Source: Lingula anatina (Eukaryota; Animalia; Brachiopoda). Taken from it: a stretch of 64,000 nucleotides of DNA. The notes under the pieces were generated by a model. The model ran no database searches. It was not told the origin of the DNA and saw only the letters and a list, made by a program, of their open reading frames with translations. Position numbers and translations under genes: made by a program. The DNA is taken from contig CM120640.1 of assembly GCA_051362555.1 (NCBI GenBank), forward strand, positions 49,020,788-49,084,787, in the 5' to 3' direction. Positions 25,201-40,200 of the stretch are shown here, piece after piece. Within the stretch, counting starts at the first letter, position 1. The number at the start of each line of letters is the position of its first letter.

Positions 25201-28200
25201 CATGAGTAAGTGTCTGTTGTACTTTTTATTACCTGTTTCATGATGAGCTTCTCAATCTGCTTGGTATCATCTAACTGAACTTTGACCTCTACCCCTTCCA
25301 GTTCAAGGCCACCACTGTGGAGTCGCCTTGACCGCAGCTGCCTGGCAATGTCCATTAGCTTGTCGATAGCCCAATGCAGCTCCTGTATCCTGTGAATGTA
25401 TCAATTAATTTTTTCAGGCAAGTGCATTTAACAATATATTATGAATTCATGTCCTTGTCTCAAACAATTTTATTGGACACCCTAGTGCAGAAAAATACTC
25501 AGAATTTTTCAATTTTTAATTCATTATACCTCTTCTGACATACATTGAGTCTTATATCACAGTAAAGCTGGAGCATTAGTAGTAAACTATAACAGTAAGT
25601 GGAAGCAGTGTTTGGTAGCTGTAACCATTGGCATTGGAGATGGAGTCAGTAACATGCAAGTCCACTGCATGCAGACAACTCACTGGGCTTTCTTCTCTAT
25701 CTGTCCAGTGGTTGGTAGAAGTATGAAGTGAGACCAATACAGAGTAGTGCAGGGGTCTTATACAATAGCCTGTTGGCAGAGTGCCAATAGGTAAAAAAAA
25801 AAAAACTTCTTACCATAATTAAAGGTAACACTACTCACACTGTGCTAACTCTACAGTTACTCTAATGCTCTAGCAGTACACTGCAGACATAAATACAACA
25901 GAAACTAGAGGATCAGAGAGGCGATACCGCCTCCGAATATTGTACCACCAGCTGGAGCAAGCACATTCGTATAGACCCCCACATACACAAAATAAGGGTC
26001 ACAGCCACCAGTCTTCTGCTTGACAAGCTGTAAAAATGCAATCAACAAAAATTTTCAAAATATGCAAAAAATATATATGCCTAAAAATGGTACAATCAAA
26101 GTTAAGTTCATCGTAAGGTAGGTCAAAAGTCAATTTCAAGGTCACAGTAAATTGCCAGTATATGACTTCCTATTCAACTTCAATAGTAACTATGGACCTA
26201 TCTCTGCCAGTTTTGGAGATAAAAGGGAAGCAAAATTTGCAAAGTTCAGTTCATGGTGAAAAGTAGGTCAAAGGTCAATTTCAAGGTCACATTTAGATTG
26301 CCAGTATATGACTTCATATTCAAGTTCAATAGAAACTATGGACCTATCTCTGCCAGTTTTGGAGATAAAAGGGAAGCAAAATTTGCAAAGTTCAGTTCAT
26401 GGTGAAAAGTAGGTCAAAGGTCAATTTCAAGGTCACATTGAGATTGCAAATATATGACTTCCTATTCAAGTTCAATAGTAACTATGGACCTATCTCTGCC
26501 AGTTTTGGAAATATAAGGGACTTAATGTTATAATTTTGGAGTTACCATAATGTGCCATAAATTTCCTACAGAGGAAATTAATTAAAATAAAGAAAAGGTC
26601 ATTTTGGTCAAAATTCTTGAAATGGGAGGTGCTCCGAAGTTCCAGATGTTCAAATTTGATGAAATAATGTCATTTTTGACCACAACTTGTCTGCTTTGCC
26701 AAGCCTTATGTTTTATTTTTCTGGAGTTCAAAATTTATTATCCATTACCGTACTGCACATTTTGCTTTCACCACCAATATGTACTTCTTGATACAGCGTA
26801 ACTTTGGAGATAAAAGTCAAGCAAAATTTGCAAAGTTCAGTTCATGGTGAAAAGTAGGTCAAAGGTCAATTTCAAGGTCACATTTAGATTGCCAGTATAT
26901 GACTTCCTATTCAACTTCAATAGTAACTATGGACCTATCTCTGCCAGTTTTGGAGATAAAAGGGAAGCAAAATTTGCAAACTTCAGTTCATGGTGAAAAG
27001 TAGGTCAAAGGTCAATTTTAAGGTCACATTTAGATTGCCAGTATATGACTTCCTATTCAAGTTCAATAGTAACTATGGACCTATCTCTGCCAGTTTTGGA
27101 GATAAAAGGGAAGCAAAATTTGCAAAGTTCAGTTTATGGTGAAAAGTAGGTCAAAGGTCAATTTTAATGTCACATTTATATTGACAGTATATGACTTCCT
27201 ATTCAAGTTCAATAGTAACTATGGACCTATCTCTGCCAGTTTTGGAGGTAAAGGGAGAGCAAAATTTGCAAAGTTCAGTTCATGGTGAAAAGTAGGTCAA
27301 AGGTCAATTTTAAGGTCACATTTAGATTGCCAGTATATGACTTCCTATTCAAGTTCAATAGTAACTATGGACCTATCTCTGCCAGTTTTGGAGATAAAAG
27401 GGAAGCAAAATTTGCAAAGTTCAGTTCATGGTGAAAAGTAGGTCAAAGGTCAATTTTAAGGTCACATATAGATTGCCAGTATATGACTTCCTATTCAAGT
27501 TCAATAGTAACTATGGACCTATCTCTGCCAGTTTTGGAGATAAAAGGGAAGCAAAATTTGCAAACTTCAGTTCATGGTGAAAAGTAGGTCAAAGGTCAAT
27601 TTTAAGGTCACATTTAGATTGCCAGTATATGACTTCCTATTCAAGTTCAATAGTAACTATGGACCTATCTCTGCCAGTTTTGGAGATAAAAGGGAAGCAA
27701 AATTTGCACAGTTCAGTTTATGGTGAAAAGTAGGTCAAAGGTCAATTTTAATGTCACATTTATATTGCCAGTATATGACTTCCTATTCAAGTTCAATAGT
27801 AACTATGGACCTATCTCTGCCAGTTTTGGAGATAAAAGGGAAGCAAAATTTGCAAAGTTCAGTTCATGGTGAAAAGTAGGTCAAAGGTCAATTTCAAGGT
27901 CACATTTAGATTGCCAGTATATGACTTCCTATTCAAGTTCAATAGTAACTATGGACCTATCTCTGCCAGTTTTGGAGATATAAGGGACTAAATGTTATAA
28001 TTTTGGAGTTACCATAATGTGCCTTAAATTTCGTACAGAAAAAATTAATTAAAATAAAGAAAATGTCATTTTGGTCAAAATTCTTGAAATAGGAGGTGCT
28101 CTGAAGTTTCAGTAGTTCAAATTTGATGAAATAATGTCATTTTTGAACACAAGTTGTCTGCTTTGCCAAGCCTTTTGTTTTAATTTTTCCAGAGTTCAAA

Positions 28201-31200
28201 ATTTATTATCCATTACCGTACTGCACATTTTGCTTTTACCACCAATATGTACTTTTTGATACAGCGTAACTCGAAAACCGTATGGAATACAAAAAAACCG
28301 AGACCACCTCCAGTGTTGGGCTTTACATGCTCTACAAAATGCAAAAAAGAATGGGTCTCTAGCATTAACGGTTCCCGAATTAGAGATAGTTTTCAGTTTC
28401 GGTATCTTATGGCCGCTACTCCCGTGAAAATGCACCGATTGACCCCAAATTCATGGAGATGAAAGATGACCTGAAGGGTAACACTTTCCAATAATATTGT
28501 TGGTTAAGTCTGTGTAATGTCTGAATAACAGGGAAAAAAAATTTTTTTTCGTAAAAAATTTCATTTTTTTGAAAATTTTGGCCCATTTGACCTTGAAGTA
28601 AAGGTCAAAGGTCAAATCCAAGGGTATATTTGAAATCTACACATATGACTTTTGGAAAGCCGTCTATAGAAATTTTTCCCATAACTCCTTCCGTAGGGTA
28701 GATAATAAGCATTTAATTTTGCCATTTTTAGACAAGGGTGCATTGTAATGAGTGCCACACCCAGACCCCAATACTGACAAAGCCCAAATTTTACGTGGAA
28801 CGAGTTGAGATTATAGGTGACCTAAATCCATGAGATGGGTACGGGAGCCCTTACCGTCTAGGAGGAGAAGCGGTAACGGTAGCCGTCCGGCGGAGCCGGC
28901 GGAACGATCCGGACGGGACCGAAACCATGTGTACCGCCAGCGCTAACGCTGGTGGTACAATAATTTTCATTTCATTGCTTTAATTGACCATAAATGCTAT
29001 AATTGGCATTTTTGAATAATTCCCATTGTATACATATTATAACAGGCATTTTATGAGCAAAATAAAATGCAATACCGTTTCTCTACTTCACTATTGTCTA
29101 ATCCCTGGAGCTCAGGAACTTCCTGGACTATCTCACTGATAGAAGCGCCATCATGAATTGCTTGAGCCATCTTGTATATGAAAAACATGCATTTAAGACA
29201 ATGATGTGGGATACAAAACGCTTGTGTTACTTTGTATTTTAGTTCTCTTCAGTGGATGTTGTTCTATACTGCCAGCTTGTAAAATGTGTGAATAAGAAGA
29301 GTACCTGCCTTTTTAATTATTTACTATTGGTCATCATTTTCAAGAATGTGTAAAAAACAAAACTCACTTTCATTTATATAGCTTTACTTAGACCACTCAC
29401 TTCCCCAATACCTCATAGAAAAGCTTATAGCTGGATCTTATTACAGTCCGCCCATACCATACATCTAATACTTCATAACTTGGACTCAACTCCCATATTA
29501 CACTGACTGCATACCTGAATGTGGAAATAATAGTTACCAGCATAATTCAAAGCGATAAAATTCAACTTAAAGTCAATAATTTCACTAATGATTACTCAAT
29601 AAATTTACAAGAAACATCTCATTGTAGAACTGTGGCATAAGAAAGTACACTTTAGCAGTAGACCAACAATTAATTGGAAGTCTCTATGGAAAGTTGAACC
29701 CACCTGTCCACGCTACCCAGTAGAGAACAGAGATTAGCACTCAGTATAGCAGGCAGCATGTCATAGCGCCTGTCAACAAGATAAACACTGGTGGAGCGAG
29801 CTTGAGCCTCAAGGTCATTTAGAGAACCAGGCTTCACAAAGTGAGTCACATCAGCAATATGAACCCCAAGCTCAATGTTGCCATTCTCAAGAGTTCTAAA
29901 GAAGCATCAGGCTCTATTTAATTAATAAATCAAAACAACACTCCATTGATATCAACTACAAGAGTAATCCTTTTTTCAAAAAGATTTTATAAAATATGAA
30001 TTTCAAGAAATGGTGCATATTATCCTCACATTAAAAAAAGGTTTCAAATAAACCTTAAACCAAACAAATTTCTTTCATATTTGCTAAACAATCAGAAAAG
30101 TTTGGACCTATTGAGAATCAAACATGTTGTCTTCACCTCACAGATAATGTATCATCAACATCTTCACAGCCTTTGGGGTCAATACTGAATACAAGGTGTG
30201 TGGTCCTCAGGTCTCTTCTCCTTGATATCTCTGCCTCAGTCATACACCATGGGTTCTCAGGAGAGTTGCTGGGCAGTTCTTTTAACTTTGAACAGGCAAA
30301 AAAGTCTTTCAAAATCAATTCTATTAACTTAATACAAATTGCAATTTCAAACCATAGAAAAATTGATTTGATAAATAACCATCATTTGACTCGAATTCAC
30401 AATTATTAAAACATGCAATTTCTTCAACAGATATTAAATGTCAGCATCATCATTTAAAACCAGGCATGAATGTTTATTATGGCATAAATTATACACAACC
30501 GTAGTGAGGTTGACATTGAGTATTAGTGGAAAAGTTATAACTCAAAAGATAATTTTACTTCCATGCCTACCAAACCTTTAAAATGCATCTTTAAATGATC
30601 ATTTTTAAGTAATTAGTAATATAAGAAAAATCAATTAAATTAAATAACGTTCTTACTTGATTATCTGGAAAAGCTCCGACTGAAATGTTATTCTGAACCA
30701 AAAGTGCAGCAATTTCTGTTTCTAAATCTCCAATCTTTCCAAGCTTTCTAACAAAATGTCCATTAGGATACTGAGAGTCAGAATCCCAGGAGTCTATCCT
30801 CACTACAATCCTTCAAGAAAGGTACATTCTTTTAAACATTTAATATCTAAATCTTAAGCTCTCAAAGTAATTCATCACAATTATCATTGACATTTTATTT
30901 ATTTTATGAAATTTTATCTATTACACTTTTTCGGGGTTTTTTTTAATGCATTATAGGGATACTGAAAACTATGCGCAAATAATCTACCTGTGATCTTTCA
31001 GAGCTTCAGCTTGACTTGTACTTATGCGTATCTTGGGTATTCTGTAGTCATACGGGATTACTAGATGTTTCCCAGAGTGCATTTGGCTGTTAGAACCATC
31101 CTTTAATTAACAAATAAATAAAACATACATCAGCTATGCTGATTCATTTTGCTCAAAAGAAATATTAAATTTACAAAGGATTAAAAATTTCTCTCTTTCT

Positions 31201-34200
31201 TTACACTCAGAAACACACATGTGCACATATATGAACACTTCACACTTATCAGTTGGGCTTTGCTTTCTAGTTAGCTGTTCAAGACAACTTGCAAATCTGC
31301 TCTTCCTGTAACAGAAAAGGAGCTTAAACAATCTGTTACCCAGGCAACCAACTAGGCCTCAACTAGGGTTGTAAATGGTGCCATTGAAAACCAGTTTGTT
31401 GCTTATATCATATGGATAAAACTAACACAATCTACCTGTTCTTGTGCCTGAAATGATGCCACATAATCTTTCCAGTTCCTCTGCTCTATGCCCACCACCT
31501 GACCAGTAGTCATTACCACACTTTGCTGCTCATTGCTCTCCTCTTCCTTCTTCAAACCTATAGTTAAAAATTGTTTCTAAATCTGTCACAATGTGTTAAA
31601 CATCAATAAACTAACAACCACTTTCTATTCCAAAACAAATGAACCTCCTCAATTAAAATATTCAGTAAACATAGTTCTTCTTCAATCTGCTTGAGACTAT
31701 TTATATAAATTTTGCCACCCTCTGACTCTTACCTTGTTCCTCCTCTTTTATGGCCAAGCATTTTCCTTTCCACTTGTTTCTGGGGAGTATCTCCACCACA
31801 ACAATATCACCATGTATAGACCTGTTCCTGGCAGTCATGCCAAAAATAAGTATGTCCGATTCACGGTCATCTTTTTTACTACCCATTCTGGAAAATAATC
31901 CATTTTGTTTTTAAATCTTCGGGATTGTTAGAAATAAAACTTTAAGATAAAACATGTTTTTATTCTTTAGCAAAATTTTGAAGTTGAAACAAAAGTACTG
32001 TTTGTCAGTAGTACATGCTTTGATGTTATTTTAAAAAAATCATTTTAAAATTTAAGTAGGTTTATATTTCATTTCATTGTGGAGATATGAAACTTCTTAC
32101 CCTTCCCTACGTACAAAGGCCTCATTCTGGGCGTTATGTCGGTTGACTTGGAGGCAACCTCTCACAAACCTCCCCGCTTTAATACCAGCCTCCAACACCT
32201 CAGCAGGTAGGTAGCCAGAATAGCCTTGTCCTATTTAGATGAAATCTTCAATATTCATAACAATTCAATTTACCCACAATTCCAATATCCATAGAAAGGA
32301 ATTTATTTTCTATAATCTACAAATTTCTAAATATGGTTAGAATTAAATATTGACAAAACTTAAAAGAATCAGTAAAAAAAGTTGATAACTTCATCTATAG
32401 TGTGTAAAAATTCCCATTTGATTTAAGGTACACTATTCATGTTAAAAATGTTCCAAAGTCATATTCTCTACAAAATGTCTTCATATCCTGCAAAAATACT
32501 CCTTTTTCCCAATTAAGACCTAAACATGATAAAACCTCTAAAAAAAAGTACTTTGCATTAACATTTCCTTTTAAATGGTAAAGGCAAACATGAGGGTCTA
32601 AATGACTTGACAGTCATTTAGAACCAACTATCATAATTTATTTAAAATGGCATAAATTATCTAATCAAAGCTCAGGGATGGGTTGAGCAAAGACTCCTGA
32701 AAAGTAGGAAACTGCTTATTTTTGTAGGAAAACTACATTTCATGGGAAATCCTGGATAGGCTATTTTAATAACCACTTTACCTTCAGCTTCCTTTTCTTT
32801 TAGAGCAGCAGTCAAGGATTCCACCAAAGTTAATGCAGCCGTTAGGTTTGGCCAAAAAGTGGACAGATAATCTTCCATAGTCATCACGAAAATGTTTATG
32901 GTTTTGGCAGAATACTCTGCTATCATCTGAAAATGGAGTAGCAAATTTATTACAGTTTCATTTTACCTGACATTTTCTTAAGTACAATCTTAACATGGTC
33001 AAACTTACCATAAGATGTTCATATAGACCTCATGTAGTACATTTAAAACCAAATTACAACATTTTTACTTCATCCCATACTATTTCAACAAACCATTTGG
33101 TTTTATTTCAAACCATAGAGAGCCAATTAATTCCATTTATTGTCCTAACACAGCTATTATAAGAATTTTGCTGTTGCCATGACCAGAGACTGCTTTGTAG
33201 GGCTGAATGATAGCAAGTTCAGCTGTGTACTTACTACCATTCAGTCAGTCAGTTCAGCTGTAAAGGAACTTCAATTCAAAGAGAACTCCAGACTGAACTT
33301 CCTAATAGGAGCTAAAGACAAAGTTAAAATAATAACATGGACAGATATCAGACAACAGGATACACTCATTAGGCTTTTGACCTATCAAAAAATTATCATC
33401 ATGGCTGACTAAAAAAGGCTTTATCACCTAGCAGTCTTAAATATTTAGGGAAATGGTGATATTAAAATTTGGTAGGATCAGCAAAAGTTTGGTAGGACCA
33501 GTAAATTTTTGTTCGGTGAAAGGTATGATACAATAAATGATGGCAGAAATGAGGAGGGACCACGAAGAGCGCACAAAATCATCTGACCTAAAGCACAGTG
33601 AAGAGAGAAAACAGCTACAAGATCAAGTGGATGCACATGGGATGAATCCACATTTTGAGGGAAATGCAGTCAGAAAAAGACAAAGAGGTGAGAGATCTAA
33701 AAAAAAAAGTAATAAATGAATGGAGACTCTCTATGTATAAGTTAGCACTCGTGCCAACAGAAATGAACAATATTCATGGACAATCAATGTCAAGATATAC
33801 TGTTTCAGGGAAACATTAAATGAAAATGTAAGGGACAAAGTGAAAGATATTGTGAAAAGTGTCGCAAAGCTGGAAATTAAGGACAATGAAATTGTAGCCT
33901 TGCACAGAACCCCAGGAAAGCCGAGAGAAACGCAACATGTAATAACAAAATTGAAAAACACACATCAAATAAAAGATTATGAAAAACTTTAATAGTTAAG
34001 AAGTCCAGCAACGCCTAAAAGATCTCAGATGGCAAACGTGAAACTCATTCAACATCTAGGACAATATGAAGATATCAAAAATCCATTGTATTTCAATGGC
34101 CAACTTGTGAACTAAGAACTTGACTACTAAGAACAACAAGAGACTTTGGAAGCAAGATAAAGGATTCACAGGCTACAAAAATTAAATGCACGATTGTACT

Positions 34201-37200
34201 TTGTTTGCTAATGAAAATAAGTTCAGCTGTTTAATTCAAATGTGCTTTTCACAATACAGATATTAAAATGTATTAACAGCATACTTCTCCATCCTTCTTC
34301 ATACCTGTGGATCCTGTGTTATGATGACAAGTGGCATTGTTCCAGCCAGGTGATTAAAGTACCACTCAACAGCACCATAGGTACTTCTGAAATATCCAAA
34401 TGCACCATAAAATAGCACCTATTTATAAACTCAAAGGAAAATGTGTAATAATATAATAACAGACTAGTATCCAATTCTACTTCATTACATTATGCAGAAA
34501 ATTACACTTTAACAATTTAAAAATTTAACTTTAAAAAAAAACTTTAAAAATTTTAACAACCATCTCTGAATGTGATTGATACACTACTTCCCCTTCCTCA
34601 CCCCCACATTACACCAGTTTGTCAAAGGGGAAATGAAAAACTGTTAAGAGGCAGTTTTCTTGAAGACACCAAAATTGACAAACAAAACAAGGCAGCAAAG
34701 CTGTCAAATGTACAGACAAAAAGCAGACAATAACAATGCACAAAACAGGCTACTGTCAATTCTGATGCAAAAGTACATTATGCTTAACTGCAAATTCAAC
34801 ATCAAATTTTAATTATGCTCAACAGGTAATAACAATGTAAGTGAAATGTGTAACAAGCGTAAGGCTTCAGGCCCATGGGAGTTTAAGTTCACACTTTGAA
34901 AATGCCAGAATGAGAAAAAAGAAAATTTCACATAAAACTGCTTAAATTCAATAATAAATGATAACCCATTTGAGCTGGCTTTCTAATTTGAACTGCATGC
35001 CAATCCTACAAATCATACTTGTAAGTTGAAAATAATAATAAGTAACACAGTTTTCTTTTCATAATGTTTGTAGTAGCAGTGCAAAAAGATTTTTGTCAAT
35101 TTTGATGTAACATTACATAATAAATTACAGAATAATTATCACCAATTTTTGACTATTGACTATAAATAGCATGGACATGTAGAAAATTTGATTACCATTT
35201 GGCTTCATGTCCATGGGAGCTTCGAGTCCCACAATGAATATGCCAACATGATAAAAATGAATATTTCACTAAAATGTATAACTTCCAGAAAAAGAAGCCA
35301 ATTAGACTGCTTTTCCAACTCAGGCTGCATTTTAGTCCTATGTTTCTTTTTTGAAAGTTTGACAATCATAAGTAACATGGTTTTCCCATAATGGTCATCA
35401 TGGCAGCAGCACCCAAAATTGTTTTTTCTTCTATTTTAATGCAATATTACATAATGCTTAACAGCATAATGACCATCAGTTTTTAATAATAAAAGATCCG
35501 TATCGTGGATTTCCAGAAAATGTGATTAGCATGGGTCTTCAAGCTCGTGGAGGTTCTAAGTCACACCTTGAAAATGCCAATATGTGAAAAATTAAATTTT
35601 CACAAAAAACTGATTAACTGCCAAAAAAATTTACCAAATAGTCTGCATTGCCCACTGAAGCTTTATTTAAGTCCCATGTTTCTTCCTGTAAGTTTGAGAA
35701 CAGTAAGTGACATGGTTTTCCTTAAATGGTCATCATGGGAGCAGTGTCCAAAATAGGGGTGTCTTCAAATTTTGATGCACTATTACATAATGTTTAACAG
35801 GATAATTACCATCAATTTTTAATAATAAAATATTAGTATCATGGATATTCAGAAAATGTTCCTAGCAAAGGTCTTTAGGCCAAAGGAACTTCAAAGTCAC
35901 ACCTTGAAAATGCCAAAATGTAGACAAGACAGCACTGTCCTGAAATGTGTTTTTTTCCATTTTTAACAATTTTTTAACATATAACAAAATTAACAATTTA
36001 CTGCTATTTATATATGATCAACTAAGAAAATTGATGAGATGGGAAAAATATCAATAGAACAGTGTTTAATGTCCTATTTCCTCCATTCTGAGTTTCTGAA
36101 CATAGTGAATGAATGAATCTGACAAACTGCAATGATATGAGTTTATTTCCATTTTTGAAACACTATTATACAATACATGATAACAAGTTTACCATCATTT
36201 TTACATAATTAACTAACAATGTTGTAAAGATGCAGGAAATGTCAAACAAACACTTTTACGAATCTTATTAGTTAATAATGAGACTGTTAACATGCCTAAG
36301 AATTGAATCTGAGGAAATGTTTAAAAACAGCATAACTTATAAAATAATGGCCCGATTATGCTGATTTTCGAACTTGACCTACGTTTTAGTAAGATTGATT
36401 ACTCCTGTGAGTTTCATGACAACAGGTCTATCGGTTTTTCTTGAAATGTGTTAACAGTGTTGCACATATGCTGAAAAGTGAAAAAAACAGCATAACTACT
36501 AAAATAGTGGCCTGATCATGCCGATTTTCGAACTTGATCTGCGTTTTAGTAAGATTAATTACTCCTGTGAGTTTCATGACAACAGGCCTATCGGTTTTCC
36601 TTGAAATGTGTTAACAGTGTTGCATATATGCTAAAAAGTGAAAACACAGCATAAATACTACAATAATTGCCCAAACATGCTGATTTTCGAACTTGACCTG
36701 CGTTTTATGAATATTCATCAGTTCTGTAAATATAAAGCCAAAAAGTAAAACTGTCTTCCACTTATTGTGTTAACGATGAAAGTGCACGGCGACGGCGACA
36801 TCGACGGCGACAGGGACGGCGACGACAGACGCAGGTGATGGCAATATGTACAGACACATCTGTGTCTGTACATAAAAATGTCAGGCATACGTGTACGAAA
36901 TTCCAAGCTCTACTGTTCTCAATTTCTTTAACTACCTCAACCATGGAAGTTATTTTTTGCTTTTGTTGGTTTGTTGGATAACATTCTAACTCAAAAGGTT
37001 ATGATGATCTTTGATAATTTTTATGGTAGGTCAAAAACTTGGAATTGGTTAGAATTTGGTGATGATCCATTAATTATAAATAAATAAATAAATAAATAAT
37101 GAGAATAGAACTGCCTTGCTGCAGATCTGCACTCTCAGAATGCTTTTCTAGTTTTTCTTAGGATGACCTTTGTGGCCTTTAAATAAAGAAGCCAGGGGTC

Positions 37201-40200
37201 GAAATGTTTAGAAAATCATACTTTCCCTGGCGGGAAAGTGATTTTGTATATTACTTTCCCTGCAAGAAAGTAGCTTTCCCTGACAACAAAATCATGAAAA
37301 CCGATTTCCCTGATATTAAATTAGATTATTTTAATATGATGATGAATAACCAAGGAAAGAACATATCTTTGAGAAATGAATGTTTATTGTTATAAAATAA
37401 ACTAACATGGCATCCAAATATAGTGTTTGTTATAACAACTGGGAATATTTGTCAACATTAATGTGATATGCTACATCTGCATTGCCGACTGGAAGGACCA
37501 TCACAATGGCCAAGAGAGCACAAATATTAAGGTACACATCTTAATGTATAGTCAGCAGTCTTCTTAAAATAAAAAAAAAGCAACTATGTCCTGTCCCTTT
37601 TCATAAAGTTCCAGCATGGATTTTTTTAACTGAGGCCATTCAACCTGGCACATGTATGTTTTAAAGCCAGCGTCCTTCTAAAATGTTCAGTAAGCCTTTC
37701 AATTGTTTTATCTCCATATTCTTCACTGTCTATATTCTCCATGGGTCTATCTTTGGCAGCTAAAAAGTAAGTATTATTGGTAATTGATTGATTGAGATTT
37801 TATTGCAATTACATACAGTTACAGAGAATTTACTGGAAATTGTTCACTAGAATGGTAATGTGAATACTTTACTATGAAGGCTGACTCTGGACACGTCAAT
37901 TATCATGTAATCATGGTCAATCCAATAAACATTATTGGACTTATTTCTAGTGTGCACAATGATTAATTTCATTTGAAACTTAAGGATTTTTCTTACTAGT
38001 AGGCAATTTTATACCAATTAGAAAAGGGGAAGTTGAAAAAGTGCAGTGAAATTTTGATGTAAAAAACACTTCATTTTCAAAAGTAAAGGGAATAAATATA
38101 CTAATATAAGGTCCTTAATTATAGAGGCTAGAATAACCCATGACATCTTTAAAAAGTTCGTCAGTTTGGTAGGAGTTCAATGAAAAACAAATCAATCACT
38201 TCACAAACAGATTTAGTCCTGGTGGAGCTCTTGAGAAGAGCTGAAAATTCGAGGGTAAGGAAAACTTGGTCTGTGATATGGCCGATTTGTTTTTCAATAC
38301 ATATGTCATCAGCAAAGAGCATGAGGTAGGGCAACTTTTATGTTTACTACGTAACAGAAAAGTAAAAACGTCTTGTTTATCATTAACAATTCAAAAGATA
38401 TGAAACTTGTTAGGCATTATTATTATTTACGACGTACCTTCATCGTCGCCATGTGCGCCTGCTTAATTATCGTGTCTTGAAGTTTACATGCGTCTTGTTA
38501 AGCGAGTTTGCTTGGTTTTTCCTTGCTTTCGTCTTTGATTTTTCACTTGAGGAACTCATACTTAAAAAGACTCCTATTCTGACCATCAACCTCCGTCAAA
38601 CTTGAGCCCGACATAAAACTGAACTTTGCGTCAGCTGATCGTGCATAATTGGCTGACTGATATTCGTTCCCCGTACTAAGCTGTCTGGTGCCCGTTATTT
38701 GTGTAGGCTTGGACGCTGTGTTCACTTTGTTCCCGCACATTAATTTGTTTCTGTAAGCTGCGTAGGTTTGTACCTATCTATTTTATACCTGCTAGCTGCG
38801 CAGGCTTGATCCTTTCTATGTCAAACATTGTGTAAATGGGGTAGGGAACGAGTCAGATATACCACTGTAAATGCCCGGGACGATTTTGATTGACAACTCT
38901 CTTGAAATCCAAAAGGAGGCCCCGTTACAAATTCTAGTTTGTCACGTGAGTGCGTCCTTAGTTTCAGAGTGAGTGCTTACGTCTAGCTTACTTGCGTTGT
39001 GGAAATGGTTAAATAATTGACGGCTTGTATCAGCACAACTAGGTGCCAGTAAATGAATTTTATAAAATGTAACAGTTCTTCGGGAAAGCGACCTTTGATA
39101 GCAGTTTCCCCGAGAGGTTTTTGCATTTCCCGGGCATTTTCAACGATTTACCGGACGGGAAAGTAAGACTTGACATAGATTTCCCGAGCCCGCAATAGCT
39201 TTCCCTCGGGAAAGCGGGAAAGCAACATTTCGACCCCTGGAAGCATATCTTCCAATAAGCTGATTTTAGCTCAACCACAAAGCTCAACTGCAAAAGCACA
39301 AAAAAGATAATATTCAATCAAAAAACAAACACCTTATCAAATGGGATTGAAAAATATACGATAAATTGATCCTCATACTATGAAAATGATCTAAATATGA
39401 TCTTATTTGACCCATGTTTTTTAAGTCACTACATACTTTCCTAGAACATGAAAAGAGACCACATATGCTTTTTAAAAAAGTATTACCTGACCAGCCACTT
39501 CTTCAAAGGTTCCCCAGGCTCTCTGGCACAATAACAGTACTGTTGATATTCATTGTAAAAGACGCAACTCCCTTTACGCCCATCTTTTACAATATTCTTC
39601 AGTCTCTGATGACACCGCCTTCCACCTACTGACTGAACCTGAATCAATTTCAAACATTTAAAACACATATAACAATATATGAAAGAAAAGAGTTTGATCT
39701 AAAATTATAGTAATTGTGAAAAGTTAGATAACACAAGTGCAAAAAATACCATTAGTAAAAAAAATCACCCTCAACTGATTCAAGTTCATCAGTTCCTATG
39801 TCCTAAAGTATAGTTTTAATATAAAATGTTCCATTAAACACAAAATTCTTTTTATTGAAAGAAAATGAAATATGCTTTAGTTGGGGCTACTGACAGAAAT
39901 TATATATAATTATAATTTAAAGGATTTACTAGTACTTACATTGTTGACCACTGTCTGCATAAAAACAATTCCTCTGAATTCTGGCATTTCCAAGATTTCT
40001 AGGTAGTCTCTAGCCACATCAGCATCTGGCACCATGTAGTGGATGACATCTTGAGCTAGTGAGTTGTTAGTTTTACCTAAATTTATAAGAATTTAACTGG
40101 TTTATTATCCTGCACTTACCATTCTTTTAGTACTTGTACACCGTTTACATTTCTAATTACAGAAAGTAGACTGAAATTTTAATGTTCCAGTTTATGTATA

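Noticed and set aside
26110-27980. Regular array resembling a CRISPR locus
   Set aside because: Units are full-length 146-bp tandem copies with no unique spacers and no cas genes, in a eukaryotic intron.
29165-29200. Possible non-canonical or U12 intron end in DIS3L
   Set aside because: It resolves as an AAG acceptor paired with an ordinary gtattg donor; no U12 donor consensus.
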